Shown one piece after another: positions 1-13,887 of a stretch of 64,000 nt of DNA. This stretch comes from Octopus sinensis (lineage: Eukaryota). The notes beneath the pieces were generated by a model, which did no database searches, was not told where the DNA came from, and saw only the letters and a program-made list of their open reading frames with translations. The stretch spans positions 27,156,001 to 27,220,000 of the forward strand of contig NC_042997.1 in assembly GCF_006345805.1 (NCBI RefSeq), in the 5' to 3' direction. Position 1 is the stretch's first letter. Each line of letters starts with the position of its first letter. A program made the translations under genes and the position numbers.

Positions 1-19
1 TGAAATAAACTCTTCTATA

Positions 20-240
20 TAGCAGCACCATGATCGTATGATTGTGGTTTCGATTCCTGGGCCGGGCGACGCGTTTTGTTCTTGAGCAAAACACTTCATT
101 TAACATTGCTCCAGTTCACTCAACTGGCATAAATTAGTAACGCTGCGATGGACTAGCGTCCCGTCCAGCTGGGGAACACATACGCCATAGGAACCGGGAA
201 ACCGGGCCCACGAGCCTATCTAGGCTTTAAAAAGGGCGCA
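20..240 (+). mobile_element. Older tRNA-derived SINE with a CORE-like middle and the same 3' tail as SINE A2
   Basis: B-box-like ggtttcgattcc at ~46. Body ttcttgagcaaaacacttcattt. The tail gtaacgctgcgatggactagcgtcccgtccagctgggg...aaagggc is nearly identical to the tail of the adjacent 241-545 copy. Confidence 0.6.
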
Positions 241-545
241 GTGGAGGCGCAATGGCCCAGTGGTTAGAGCAGCTGACTCGCGGTCAGAGGATTACGGTCT
301 CGATTCCCAGACCGGGCGTTATGTGTGTTTATTGAGCGAAAACACCTAAAAGCTCCAGGAGGCTCCGGCAGTGGGTGGTGGCAACCACTGCTGTACTCTT
401 TCGCCAAAACTTTCTCTCACTCTCTCTTCCTGTTTCTTGAGTAACGCTGCCATGGACTGGCGTCCCGTCCAGCTGTGGGGAACACATACACCATAGAAAC
501 CAGGAAACCGGGCCCATGAGCCTGGCTAGGCTTGAAAAGGGCGGC
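241..545 (+). mobile_element. tRNA-derived SINE family A, tail type 2 (A2)
   Basis: Head gtggaggcgcaatggcccagtggttag (A box) and cgattccc (B box-like). Matches the copies at 14265 and 60396. Confidence 0.85.
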
Positions 546-662
546 AAAAAAATATATTGCAAGTAAAATTACTAAAACTTACTACGCATTTTTACTTTCT
601 GTGTGTAAATCACTACATCATATACACACAAACACTTATAAATGTATTTACTTAATAGGTCT

Positions 663-681
663 TGTGTGTGTGTGTGTGTGT

Positions 682-734
<53 letters not shown>
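663..734. repeat. (GT)n microsatellite
   Basis: Directly visible. Confidence 0.95.
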
Positions 735-736
<2 letters not shown>

Positions 737-1419
737 ATACAAACATGCTTACATGCATAAACTCCTACATGTACGTATTCTGAAATTCATATATATGTAT
801 ATTCCTGCAAAGCATGGACACGTTCATACTAATACGTAGTGTTTATTACGTGTGTATTAGAATAATAGTTTCGAAATAAGTTCTTCTGATCTCCTCACCA
901 CTGAATCCAGCGAAGAGTATATGCTATGCATTAAATACTATGTCTTAAAATTGATACTTTCCTGGCTGCTTTTAAGAGATTATGCAACAATTATACTGGG
1001 TGTTCGAACAAAATTTCATCCAGGAGTAAAAGTATTTCAAAACTGAAAAATTATCAACTGGTTTATGGCGAAGAGATAACAGTTTACCCGAAGTAGAAAC
1101 CCTCGTGTCCCCTCCTGTTCTATTTAATCTATAGAATGGACTAAACAAAAACAGGAGAAACGTGGGATGAATGAGTCGCTGAAAATGTTGCAGGGGTGTG
1201 GCAAAAGCTTTCCAGATAATTGACATAAAATAAAATAAGAACAATAAAAATAATTAACGAATGAAGAACAAACATATAGAGCGTATATTTACTTGATTAG
1301 TAAAAGAAATGACCGTCTCAAAATATAACAGCACATCAGGTGGAATGTTCGATTTTGAACCGAAAGTTTATTTTGCGTCGTGGAATGCATCCTAGACAGC
1401 TCAACAAAAAGCAATGCAG

Positions 1420-2790
1420 TTAATAAAAGTATGCACCATCTTGCAATCTTATCGATAGCATATTTATGCCGGCAGCGAAAACTTCTAGAGAGCGAGATGT
1501 GATGAAATCAAAAAAGGCTATTTTTGCATCTTCTTCAGATTTGAAGTTTTTTTACTTGCAAAATGTTGTCTAATGCCTGGAAAACGTGATAGTCAGTTGG
1601 TGCAAGGTTTGGTAAATATGGTGGGAGACAGAGTACTTCAAAGTTCAGTTCCTGTAACTTGAATAGCGTTCTTTGTGCAACACGTGGTCGAGCATTGTCT
1701 TGCAAGAGAATTGACCTGTCTCTATTGGCAAATCTTGGTTGTTTAATTGCACGTTTACTCATCATTTCATCCAATTAGTTGATGTATATATCCGCTGTAA
1801 TTTACTTACCAGGTCTCATGAAGCTGCAGTGGATGACACCAGCGCTGGACCATCAAACAGACACTATTACTTTTTGTGTGGTGAATATTCTTTTTTTTTA
1901 TTGTGATTTGGTACTTCGTATCTATCAAACCAGCGTACTGAACACTTGCCGTAACAGCAAAAAACAGCAAGTTTTCAAAGTGACGTGTAATTTGATGCTC
2001 GTTCAGTTCGTATGGCACCCACTTATCCAACTTCTTTACATTGCCGATTTGTTTCAGATGGTCCAATATTGGAAGCACTCCGTCGGTTACGACGATGAGG
2101 GTTCCGGTTGATCCAAATCAACGGAACAGCCTGCTCGTGAAATTAAAGTGTAAGTGGCTGAGCACTCCACAGACACGTGCACCCTTAACGTAGTTCTCGG
2201 GGATATTCAGCGTGACACAGAGAGTGACAAGGCCGGCCCCTTGAAATACAGGTACAACAGAAACAGGAAGTAAGAGTGAGAGAAAGTTGTGGTGAAAGAG
2301 TACAGCAGGGATCACCACGACCCCCTGCCGGAGCCTCGTGGAGCTTTTTTTAGGTGTTTTCGCTCAATAAACACTCACAACGACCGGTCTGGGAATTGAA
2401 ACCGCGATCCTATGATCGCGAGTCCGCTGCCCTAACCAATGGGCCATTGCGCCTCCACACACCTGGTCCAATATAGTTGGAATCGAAATATCAAATCTTG
2501 CTGCTAACGCATGCGTAGTTTGAGACGTATCCGCTTCCACCACAGTTTCCAGTTTATTATTATCCACTTTGGTCTCAGGTCTACCACGGGGTTGATTTTC
2601 GAAAGTAATGTCACCCGACCAGAACTTCTCAAACCATCGATGTACAGTGCGCTCTATTTTCACCTCTTCACCAAACACTTCATTGATGTTTCGAGCTGAG
2701 ATGCATTGGGTTCGAGTTGTATGGAATGCGTTCTACGACAGAACTATCCATGAATTCACAGAAATCGATTTACAAGGGGAAACTTACAAT
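1420..2790 (-). pseudogene. Decayed mariner (Tc1/mariner DDD) transposase, Hsmar1-like, split by a SINE
   Basis: Minus-strand peptides ARNINEVFGEE..ERTVHRWFEKF..GRP (HTH), LDHLKQIGNVKKLDKWVPYEL (WVPHEL motif), LLQDNARP and LPPYLPNLAPTDYHVF (YSPDLAP motif), ending GAYFY*. Contains frameshifts and stops. TIRs not found. Confidence 0.9.
2070..2463 (-). mobile_element. SINE A1 (~390 bp) inserted in the mariner ORF
   Basis: Full head and A1 tail (...gtaaccgacggagtgcttcca). 11-bp TSD tggtccaatat at 2059-2069 and 2464-2474. Confidence 0.92.
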
Positions 2791-2996
2791 ATAATCAGAC
2801 ACCGTGAATTGTATTTCAGAAAATGATGATGTAATTTTCAAATGTTGTAAAACAAAGAATCGTCAAGATAAAATATTGTTAACGACTGTTAAATTTGGTG
2901 CATAAGAAAATCGAACATTTCATTCTTGATGACCTGATATTTGTGGTGTTGGGGCGCGTGTGTGTGTGTATGTATGTATGTATGTATGTATGTATG

Positions 2997-3029
<33 letters not shown>

Positions 3030-3393
3030 CTATGTGCTTGTCTTTGTGTCTCATTTTGACTTCACCACTGCTCGACAACCAATTTTTATGTGTATTCCAC
3101 CCTTTACTTATCGGTTCGACAAAAGACTTCGATAGAAAAACCACCAGGCTTTAAAATAAGTACTGGATCAACTAAACCTGCTGGGGCGATGCCCCAACGT
3201 GACTGCAATCCAACTAAAAAGAAACAATCAAAAGGTAAAAGATGTGGACCTGACGTATGTGTGTATATGTAGTTGTTATTCAGCTCCAGATCGAATAAAG
3301 CTATATTCAAAATGATTTCGTTTTGGTTTTGACTCTACCGATTGAACAATAATAGCTTAGGGCATTGACCAAATAGTTTTATGCCAATCGTAT

Positions 3394-3825
3394 AGGCGCA
3401 GGAGTGGCTGTGTGGTAAGTAGCTTGCCAACCAGCCACATGGTTCCGGGTTCAGTCCCACTGCGTGGCATCTTGGGCAAGTGTTTTCTGCTATAGCCCCG
3501 GGCCGACCAATGCCTTGTGAGTGGATTTGGTAGACGGAAACTGAAAGAAGACTGTCGTATATATGTATATGTATATATATGTATGTGTGTGTGTATTTGT
3601 GTGTCTGTGTTTGTCCCCCTAGCATTACTTGACAGCCGATGCTGGTGTGTTTACGTCCCCGTCACCTAGCGGTTCGGCAAAGGAGACCGATAGAATAAGT
3701 ACTGGGCTTACAAAGAATGAGTCCCGGGCTCGATTTGCTCGACTAAAGGCGGTGCTCCAGCATGGCCGCAGTCAAATGACTGAAACAAGTAAAAGAGAGT
3801 AAAAGAGTAAAAGAGAGTAAAGAGT
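3394..3825 (+). mobile_element. SINE family B (CORE-like, internal microsatellite, (GTAAAAGA)n-like tail)
   Basis: Head ggcgcaggagtggctgtgtggtaagtagc and CORE-like cttgggcaagtgt. 3' end ggcggtgctccagcatggccgcagtcaaatgactgaaacaagtaaaagag. At least 5 copies in the window. Confidence 0.88.
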
Positions 3826-5216
3826 CATATGGTTTTATGCATTTTCGAGTCTGGGAAATTATGATTCTATGCTTGATTGATCATTAAAAAGCTGTCTACC
3901 ACCGATTACTAATGTTAACCTTTGCCTGCAATGTCCCTACTTCTCTATGCAAAGATGTAGACAGAGGTTGTAACTTACAGTGAAGTAGAGATATATATAT
4001 TAGGAAGGGTTCTAGTTGGACAGGAATCTTAGTAAAGCTAAATATCTACGGAGATATAGATAGAAGTGTATATGAAAAATGCATTTTGTCTAAAATATAT
4101 AGATACAGTTGTGTCACTGAGGAGCTTTGGTCTTCTTTAAAGAATATTAACATTTCACATTGGATGACGTGGAAAGGCAGATAACTGTTTGCTTTTCGTT
4201 ATTTCATTATCATTCTCAATGCAGCTTAATGAGTGGTGTGTGTGTTGGGGGGGTGAGTGTGTCTGTGTGTGATTGTGTGTGTGTGTATGTGTGGTGTGTA
4301 TGTGTGTGTGTGTGTGTGCTTGTGTATTCTTTGTATGAATTGAATAGGGGATTAGAAGTGTTTGAGTGAATCGGTTTCACTTTCAATACGCTTTAATGTT
4401 TCTCGCTCTCTTCTACTTCTTCTTCTTCTTCTCTTTTCTTCTTCTTCTTCTTCTTCTTCTTCTCTATCAATTTATCTGTCTATCTGTCTATCTATCTATC
4501 TATTTATTTATGTATCTACCTATCTAAAACATTTTGAATGTTTTATCTCTTTCTCTCAGTTCTTTGTCGTTTATTGCCTGTTATCCCTTCTTTGTGTGCG
4601 CTATATCTGGCTCCAACATGAAATCATCTGCCGCCGAAAAGGCCTTCGCCAAAACAATTGTAACAAAATACACGTCGCTAGGATGTCATCGCCTATTAAT
4701 TCCATTTTGGATTAAGAGTTTTATGGCTATGTCAATTCCGTCCGTTCTCAATCACGATGTACCGATCATTAAATTATTCATTCTGTTCTTCCATTAGTTT
4801 GTATGATTTGATTTGAAGAAGATTTGACCACTATTTCTAGCTGATGAAATGGTTGCATAGTGACCACATCATTGGCTAGTGTGCTTACGTAGTTTTATAT
4901 GTAAAACATATAAAGCCATTTAGAATAACGGTTGCACATCAATAAAACTTTACTGGACTAACATTTAGCTAATAGATGCGCACAATCATATATTCATGTT
5001 TGCTTGGTGATAAGTACGAATAAGATATTCCTTACTGCAATTGTAATTAAGGATGGAAGGAACTACTAGCTTGGAAATGAAAGCAATTTAGATCAAATGG
5101 AATTAACAAATGAATGCATGTTTAAACAGTCAGAGCTAAGGTTAATGGTAATTTGTTGAGGTCGATTTCCTTTTGTTTAGAAGTCTAGCGCATTGAATAG
5201 ATTTGTATAAACCGTA

Positions 5217-5243
5217 ATGATGTGGATAATGATGATGATGATA

Positions 5244-5311
<68 letters not shown>

Positions 5312-5390
5312 GGTGGTGGTGATGGTGATGATGATGATGGTGATGCGGATGATGATGATGATGATGATGATGAGGATGATGATTGGAAGG
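5217..5390. repeat. Compound (GAT)n/(GGT)n microsatellite
   Basis: Directly visible; source of the poly-M and poly-D ORFs. Confidence 0.95.
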
Positions 5391-5470
5391 AGGGAATGAT
5401 GAGGAGAAAGACCAGGGGACTGGATAGAGGAGAAGAGTAGGAAGAGAAGGGAGACGAAGGTCTCCCTCTC

Positions 5471-5591
5471 TTAATTTATCGACCCCGAAAGGATGAAAGG
5501 CAAAGTCGACCTCGGCGGAATTTCAACTCAGAACGTAACGGCAGACGAAATACGGCTACGCATTTCGCCCGGCGTGCTAACGTTTCTGCCA
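5471..5591 (-). mobile_element. SINE family C, 5' fragment
   Basis: atcgaccccgaaaggatgaaaggcaaagtcgacctcggcggaatt matches the family C copies at 30 and 44 kb. Confidence 0.8.
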
Positions 5592-6747
5592 CCAAATATT
5601 TCAGGCAATCTTGTAAAACTCTTTCAACAACAAAAAAAAGCAAAAACAAATGACACATTTCTAAAGCTTTTAAAATTGCCACAACTACGAGATATCATGA
5701 ACTGGGATGATCAACCGTGACAGATTACGCGAAGAAGAATAGTTTACATGGATCATTAGCATGAATTTAGTCCAATCATATGGGTGCAGAACTACTGAGT
5801 AACGTACGCAAAGATTTCTTAGTGAATTTCAGCATGTCTTTTATTTGGAGAAAGAAAACAGAGCTTGCGGTAATTCTTAGTGACTTTCAGGGACAAAAGG
5901 GAGATAACTGAAAGTTGTAAGAAATCATTTTCACGGAAAATTGAAATTTCCTGCTTCTGGTAAAATATGTTTGACAGCAACGCAGATGGTCGCTTTTTGT
6001 CTCTTAACAGAATATTTTACTATCAGAAGTTAGAGAAATAAATAAAAAAAAAAAGGAAGCGATAGCACCTATTTGGTCAGTATAATTTACATACAACTGT
6101 AAAGAGTGAGTGAAGGGAAATAACTCAAAAGGGCTAATTTGCTAAATGTACCTTAAAAGTAAAAGCAGAAGTCTCTGAAGAAATATATAACCCATCGTTT
6201 TTCAAGTAATTAAATCTGTATGTTAATTACATAACTAAATAAATGATGTTTACTCTACTGAAACAGTGGTAGAGAACAATTAAATTATGAATTATATTTG
6301 AAGTTTATGCTTTTTTTATTTCTTGTGCTAAATAAATTGCTTTCAGCTAATGTCTAGTCGGCTCTATATAGACGCACATATCTATTCTACCATGATTTAC
6401 TGCATTAAATGTTTTAGAGTTTAATGACGTGTTCTTAATTATCTATTAAATACCGTATTTATATTTTATGATGTTTATACAACAATTCATTATGACTTTA
6501 TATCTTATATATTTTACCTCTTTGGGGCATTGAATTCGCGGCTATACTGAGGAAGACGCCTCGGCGTGCATGGTCTGTGGGCATAGTACGTATCTTTAAC
6601 TTGGGTACTTAATCTACCAATCTATTTTGTCCAATCGCTAAGTTAAGGGGGGCCTTATACAAACAGTCACCATTCGTCAAGCGATGGGGCAAACAAAAAC
6701 AGATACTAGGAGGCATGCACAGGTACGCACACACATTATATATATAC

Positions 6748-6809
<62 letters not shown>

Positions 6810-6815
<6 letters not shown>

Positions 6816-7216
6816 TAAGTAGCTTGCTAACCAACCACATGGTTCCGGGTTCAGTCCCACTGCGTGGCATCTTGGGCAAGTGTCTTCTGCTATAGCCGCG
6901 GGCCGACCAATCCAATGCCTTGTGAGTGGATTTCGTAGACGGAAACTGAAAGAAGCCTGTCGTATATATGTATATATATATATGTGTATGTGTGTGTTTG
7001 TGTGTCTGTGTTTGTTCCCCTAGCATTGCTTGACAACCGATGCTGGTGTGTTTACGTCCCCGTCACTTAGCGGTTCGGCAAAAGAGAGACCGATAGAATA
7101 AGTACTCGGCTTACAAAGAATAAGTCCCGGGGTCGATTTGCTCGATTAAAGGTGGTGCTCCAGCATGGCCGCAGTCAAATGACTGAAACAAGTAAAAGAG
7201 TAAAAGAGTAAAGAGT
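6810..7216 (+). mobile_element. SINE B copy fused head-to-head to an inverted, diverged B-like fragment (~6600-6705)
   Basis: B body starts after a (TG)n tract. Upstream, 6600-6705 reads on the minus strand as a diverged B 3' body. Confidence 0.8.
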
Positions 7217-7505
7217 ATATATATTTATAGTTCACCGTTACTAAAATTGAACAAGAGTACAAAGAGCACCAGCTCTCATAGGCCTGTAGCCACAAATAAC
7301 TAATATGGAAAAAAACAATTTAATGCCCTCCCTCGCAGTGGGGATGTTGTTTAACTCGTTAGTACGTAGACCATGTGGTTTTGTGGCCAAAGATTCTATG
7401 ACTCTCCTTTCGCTCAATGGCGGTGCACTCTGCACCCGTCTTCACATTTTGTAACTGTGAATTAATTCCTTTCTGATATTAAATTGCATATGGCCACCTT
7501 AATTT

Positions 7506-7583
<78 letters not shown>

Positions 7584-7590
<7 letters not shown>

Positions 7591-7840
7591 ATCACGTGAC
7601 CGACCAGACCATCTGATGTTGTTACACATCGCTGGTCACAATGCGTTCGCATTGTTTTAGCCTTCGAATGACGCCACCCCGCTGGCTAAGCGAGCAGGCC
7701 AACAGAAGAAAGAGTGGTGAAAGAGTACAGCAGGGATATCCCTGCCGGAGCCTCGTGGAGCTTTTAGGTGTTTTCACTCACTAAACACTCACAACGCTCG
7801 GTCTGGGAATCGAAACCGCGATCCTACGACCGCGAATCCG
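7584..7840 (-). mobile_element. SINE family A head with a third tail type (A3), ending in the palindrome tcacgtgatcacgtga next to (TA)n
   Basis: 7720-7840 matches the A head. 7584-7715 is unrelated to the A1 and A2 tails. Confidence 0.75.
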
Positions 7841-7859
7841 CTCAAATGAAACCACGCAG

Positions 7860-8020
7860 CAGAGTAGACAACAAACCAACGTTCCCCCTTGATCGAAAGA
7901 GTGACTGGAGCAACGTGAAATGAAGTATTTTGCTCAAGAACACAACGTGCCATTCGTTCAGGGAATGGAACCCACGATCGTGCGTACAGAAACCTAACAT
8001 ATAGGCCACTTAACTTCACC
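7860..8020 (-). mobile_element. Old CORE-like SINE fragment (same type as 20-240)
   Basis: gagtgactggagcaacgtgaaatgaagtattttgctcaagaacac is the reverse complement of the 20-240 body. Confidence 0.55.
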
Positions 8021-8046
8021 TATACACAGACACACACATACAGATT

Positions 8047-8081
<35 letters not shown>

Positions 8082-8431
8082 GGCGGGAGAAATAGAAAGA
8101 GAGAGAGAGAGAATCGAGTAAGATATAGAGAGAGTTAAGCAAAATAATTTTAGCTGTTATGGAAGAATCATAATTACAAAATAGAGCTTCTTAAAGATAC
8201 ATATTCAATAATGATCCACTTAATTTCTCTAAATTGTTGCATGAATTCTCGTTTGCTGCCTATATCAAAAGAATAACATACTGGAATGGATTCCCTCTAG
8301 AGCTTCTTTATTTTCCGAAAATCAAACAATTAAACCCAGAAGTTTTTTTGTTTTTTTTTTACTCACACGAGCGTACGGTAATTTTTTCCATAAAATGGTG
8401 CGTGTAATTTTATTACTGAAAATATAAACAC

Positions 8432-8845
8432 AGCGCAGGAGTGGCTGTGTGGTAAGTAGCTTGCTAACCAACCACATGGTTCCGGGTTCAGTCCCACTGC
8501 GTGGCATCTTGGGCAAGTGTCTTCTGCCATAGCCCCGGGCCGACCAATGCCTTGTGAGTGGATTTGGTAGACGGAAACTGAAAGAAGCCTGTCGTATATA
8601 TGTATACATATATAAGTGTGTGTGTGTGTATATGTTTGTGTGTCTGTGTTTGTCCCCCTAGCACTGCTTGACAACCGATTCTGGTGTGTTTACGTCCCCG
8701 TCACTTCGCGGTTCGGCAAAAGAGACCGATAGAATAAGTACTGGGCCTACAAAGAATAAGTCCCGGGGTCGATTTGCTCGACTAAAGGCGGTGCTCCAGC
8801 ATGGCCGCAGTCAAATGATTGAAACAAGTAAAGGAGTAAAAGAGT
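8432..8845 (+). mobile_element. SINE B
   Basis: Full-length match to 3394-3825. Confidence 0.88.
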
Positions 8846-9109
8846 ACAGCTCAAATAATAACTTGTGAATCAGACATGTCGCAGTTATGATATCTAACAA
8901 TCGGGCTTGAGCCCTATCCCTACTATGTCATGTTTGACTCCTACAGACACCCCGGTGAAATTTGCAGTAGTAGCGACAGTAGAAGTAAACTAGGAGCTAG
9001 AACATCAACTTAGTATAAACAACGGGGTGCTTTCTCATTTAAATCAAGATATTCCAGTATTTATTTATAATAGACGTCTTGCATAAGTAATTTTTTGCTA
9101 CTATCAATG

Positions 9110-9600
9110 CAAGGCCTGAAAGTTTGGTTGAGGGGGCTAATTGATTACATCGACCCTTGTGCTCAGCTGGTACCTATTTTTTATTGACACCGAAAGAATG
9201 AAAGGCAATGTCGACCCTGGTGGAACTTAAATTAGAGCATAAAGATGAACAAAATGCCGCTAAGCAATTTTTCCGGTGTGCAAACGACTCTGCCAGCGCA
9301 CCACCTTTTCTGGTATAAACAGTAAAACACAAATGATCCGACGCTTGAAGTATTAAACCAAATTATTTGTCTGTTTCTGCATAAGCCTAAGGGCGGTGAC
9401 CGGGCAGAATCCGGGAATACTGCTTAATGGAATTTCGTCCGTCTTTATGTTCTGAGTTCAAATTCCACAGAGATCGACTTAGCCTTTGAACCTTTCGGGA
9501 TCGATAAAGTAAGTACTTGTTGAACACTGGTATCGATGTAATCGGCTTATCCACTTCTTCGAAATTATTGGCTTCGTCAAAATTTGAAACAAATATTTAC
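9110..9600. mobile_element. Two diverged SINE C copies in inverted orientation (9110-9305 minus, 9390-9600 plus)
   Basis: gaaagaatgaaaggcaatgtcgacc on one side and gatcgacttagcctttgaacctttcgggatcg on the other. Confidence 0.65.
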
Positions 9601-9899
9601 GTCAGTGTAAGGAAGTTCATTTTGGAAACTGAGCCCTAGTTTATATGTCCTTTATGCAAATGCAGATCACCATGTTGGGGATAGGTTAGGACTGAAAAGA
9701 GGCAAAAGAACTTTTAAAATCTGGTGCAATGGATCTTGAAAATGGATAAATAACGATCGCAAGTTTATTGAAGTGTATCGGTTATGGGACGTTACTTATC
9801 ACATGCAGACAAGGAGCTGCACAACACAATAACAATGAACGTAAACTATACACAATGTAAAACTATGGAGACAAAAACGCATGGAGTTAAAAATAGGGA

Positions 9900-11420
9900 A
9901 GTTGAGACTATTAGTCACCCTCAAATTGGACTTAAAAGTCGTTAGTCAATACTCCGACATCAGAAGAGAATAACTGTAAAGATGCTCTTTCGCAAGAAAA
10001 AAATCTAGAGTGATGCTAATTAATGTTATCAGTGTACAGGGTAGTAAGACGATATCCGAAAGAAATGCTATCACTGTATTAAAGCAAAGGCGTGCAGTAT
10101 CAATGGTGTGACACTTGAAGCTGATTAAAAAATCCAAAATAAGGCAGTACGAGGAAGAAAATTGACTTGAGTTGAAGATATGCAATTAATCTTTATCAAC
10201 AATCTCTCTATAAATACATAAATAAAAATGGTTAGTGCTGGCAGAAATGAAATTGAGATCCAAACGCAATGACACTTACACGGCGTAAAGCTTCCAATTA
10301 ATTAGATGCCCAAATCTTGTTTATCCAACCCAGAAATGCTTCCATCAAGAATGACGTAGAGCTCTTATATATTAAAAGCAAAAGTAAAGCGCTGGGAATT
10401 TAGCATTGATTTGAACAGCTTTCAGATGGCACACCGTATCCCTTCGACATCAGATACTAATCGAAAAATGTTGACACACAGCCACGGGTCAAGTTCCACA
10501 CCTGAAGATAATATAAAATTTATTTTCTATAAAGATATTTCAGAAGGTGTTACCTTGCTGACATCTAGGGATATGCAACCACAAACGCTGTACAACGCTG
10601 CCGCTAAAGATCATTCCAAAAAAAGGATGTATATATAACCATTAGTAAAGATCATCCACGGCAATTTTCTCAGTAAATTCATTACTTGCTAGATTGATAA
10701 TCAAAGCAGACTACTTTAGACATAAAAAATAACTTGGAAATTAGCGCTCACTGTGAAGGATATGCCTTTTAATACTTGAGTAGGTAGTAACTAAAAACAT
10801 CTAATGCACGAAAAGATTGGAAAGCAGGTACACCATCTAGATGTAACAACCAAAATAGTCTCTGCCTTATCAACACCGAGCATATTGCCCACATCTCTCA
10901 ACTATTTGTCCGGAAATGTCAATAATGTATATTTGCCAATGAGGCATGATATTGTAGCCAGAACATTATTTGACAAAATCTATAGAAAAAAGTACATGAA
11001 GAAAGGAATATAAAAAGCTTCAATGATATGCATGACATAATCAGTCATAATATCACATCATCCCCTTTATGAAAAAATCTTGGTAGAATGTTCCTATCAA
11101 AACAACGTTAAAATGCAAGCACAACAGACCAGGCCTAATAAATTGAGAGGGAGAAAAGAAATTATGCACATTAAAAATCAATTACCCAGCAGATGTTAAT
11201 GTAATGCTAATGGTCTTCAATAAGGAAAACCTAGAGGTTGAACTAGGGAGATATCTACAGTTACAGCACTCGGATTATAGGTTTCAGTTCCCTCCAATCG
11301 GAGCACTTGTAAACGTTTCTTACTGTCTCAATAGCAATTTAATAAAACTAGAAAAGGAACATCAAATTAGCCACAGGGTACAAGCAACTACATTTGTTGT
11401 CAACGTTGTTGCCAAAATAT
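9900..11420 (+). mobile_element. Decayed Dong/R4-type (RLE) non-LTR retrotransposon, 3' part
   Basis: Peptides PMRHDIVARTLFDKIYRKK (after the CCHC knuckle), KCKHNRPGLI (the RPD motif of the restriction-like endonuclease, degenerate) and LQLQHSDYRFQF..IGAL. Many frameshifts. Confidence 0.7.
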
Positions 11421-12149
11421 TCAAAAAGTGTAGCATGTAATAAGAAGATAAACACAAATATAGACTGGCAGTTTTATGTTCTTGTGCAGATACATAGTTA
11501 TATAACATATAAACCCTCGCATGAAATCAATCCATGCTGGAATTCATGCATGTGCATGCACATATCTATGCATATGTATGCTTGTACGCATACCAGTATA
11601 CATAAATATCTTCAAATTTACAAATATATGAGAGAGGTAGAGATAACCATCACACTGATGTTTTTTTTTCAGCTGGAATAAAGGGGGCATGATTTAGGTT
11701 AGAAACAGGCGTGTTCTCCATTCCTGAGAAATTTCTGAAAACAATAATTAAAACTAGCAAACATACATAGATATGCCGACATCGATTGCATTAGAGACGG
11801 AGAGCTAAAACTTTCATAGCCACCTGTATGTAAAATGACACATTCATAAAATAGTTTAACATTATCCGTTTTCTAAGACATACATAGCGGATAAAATGCA
11901 TCTGCAGAGCTGACGAGACCATACATGTAACATTTACAGACAGACACGTCAATTTACATAGACATATACTCAAACTTTTGTCACGTTCTCTCGTTGCACT
12001 TACTTCACTCTTTTGTTTCTTTGCCAATACTTTCTTTTCTCTTCTCTTTGTCACACATTTACATGCACCCAGACAATAAGCATACATGCACAATACCTAG
12101 CAAGAGACACATAGAGTACAAATTATGCGTACATATGCATAGGAATAAG

Positions 12150-12530
<381 letters not shown>

Positions 12531-13098
12531 GAATATGTGTATGCGTGCATACAGATACACACGCCGAATATGATGTGTTACGTAACCAATCATAAATCTG
12601 TATGTGAGTGTGAAAATGTATGGTTGTGCTTGTGTGTATACATGTTTGAACAGTTCAATACTTGTTACATGATTTGTTTTCATATTTGTTCTTCCATGCA
12701 CCGGAAACGATTGATTTCCAATATGACCATTAATAAAATACTAATCAAACAAATTTGGATCTACCACAATAATACATATTACAGTGACGCCTGGTTCTTG
12801 ACAGCTTTATTTATGTTCTTGTTTGACTCTTCAGGATTCTGTTGATTTTTGTCAATGTAATAGTACTCCGAATATTTTGCTTTTCTCCTTTTTCTTTCTG
12901 ATTCCTTCTGTCTTTTTCCTCGTATTTATCTATGTCGTCTTTTCAAATGTACAACTTTTGTAGGAGAGTCGTTTCAACTGGAGCCAGTAAAGTGTAATTA
13001 TTATGTCTCCTTTTCAACACGGAACAGAAAAGTATGAAATTAAGAACTCGAGATTATGTTCCTGCCAATTTACAATTTATATTAGATTTCCATATAAT

Positions 13099-13481
13099 TG
13101 GAAGCACACCGTCGGTTACGACGATGAGGGTTCCGGTTGATCCGAATCAACAGAACAGCCTGCTCGTGAAATTAACGTGTAAGTGGCTGAGCACTCCACA
13201 GACACTTGCACCCTTAACGTAGTTCTCGGGGATATTCAGCGTGACACAGAGAGTGACAAGGCCAGCCCTTTGAAATACAGGTGCAACAGAAACAGGAAGT
13301 AAGAGTGAGAGAAAGTTGTGGTGAAAGAGTACAGCAGGGATCACCACCATCCCCTGCCGGGGCCTCGTGGACTTTTTAGGTGTTTTCGCTCAATAAACAC
13401 TCACAACGCCCGGTCTGGGAATCGAAACCACGATCCTATGACCACGAGTCCGCTGCCCAACCACTGGGCCATTGCGTCTCC
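13099..13481 (-). mobile_element. SINE A1
   Basis: Full length; 11-bp TSD ttccatataat at 13088-13098 and 13482-13492. Confidence 0.9.
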
Positions 13482-13887
13482 TTCCATATAATAGTTGGTG
13501 TGTCATAAGAAAAATTGTGTTTGAACACACTGCCTTCACCCTTTCAATATAAAAATTCTGAATGGCTCATATAACAAATGTCGAATCATTTACAAAACCT
13601 CGAAACTCCGCTGTCTTTACGGTATACGAATATATCTTATTTTACGAAATGCGAAGATGTAACTGTGTGATAAAAAAAAAGTGTTTACCAACCAAATGGC
13701 TCCAGGTTCAATCTCATGGTTTGGCACATTAGTTAACTGGCTTGTACTATAGACTCTGGCCGAACAAAGCCTTGTGAGTGAATTTCGTAAACAGAAACTG
13801 ATTGAAAGCCCATTGTATGAATGCTTGTGTGTCTGTATATATATATATATATCTATATATATATATATATATATAAACCGGAGTAAG

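Noticed and set aside
241-320. tRNA genes at SINE heads (also 14265, 23694, 60396 and others)
   Set aside because: A and B boxes are present, but there is no complete cloverleaf acceptor stem and the sequence continues into SINE bodies.
1420-2910. tatgcacca (1430) and tggtgcata (~2897) as mariner TIRs
   Set aside because: They face the wrong way for TIRs, and the left one is the GAY codon stretch of the transposase.
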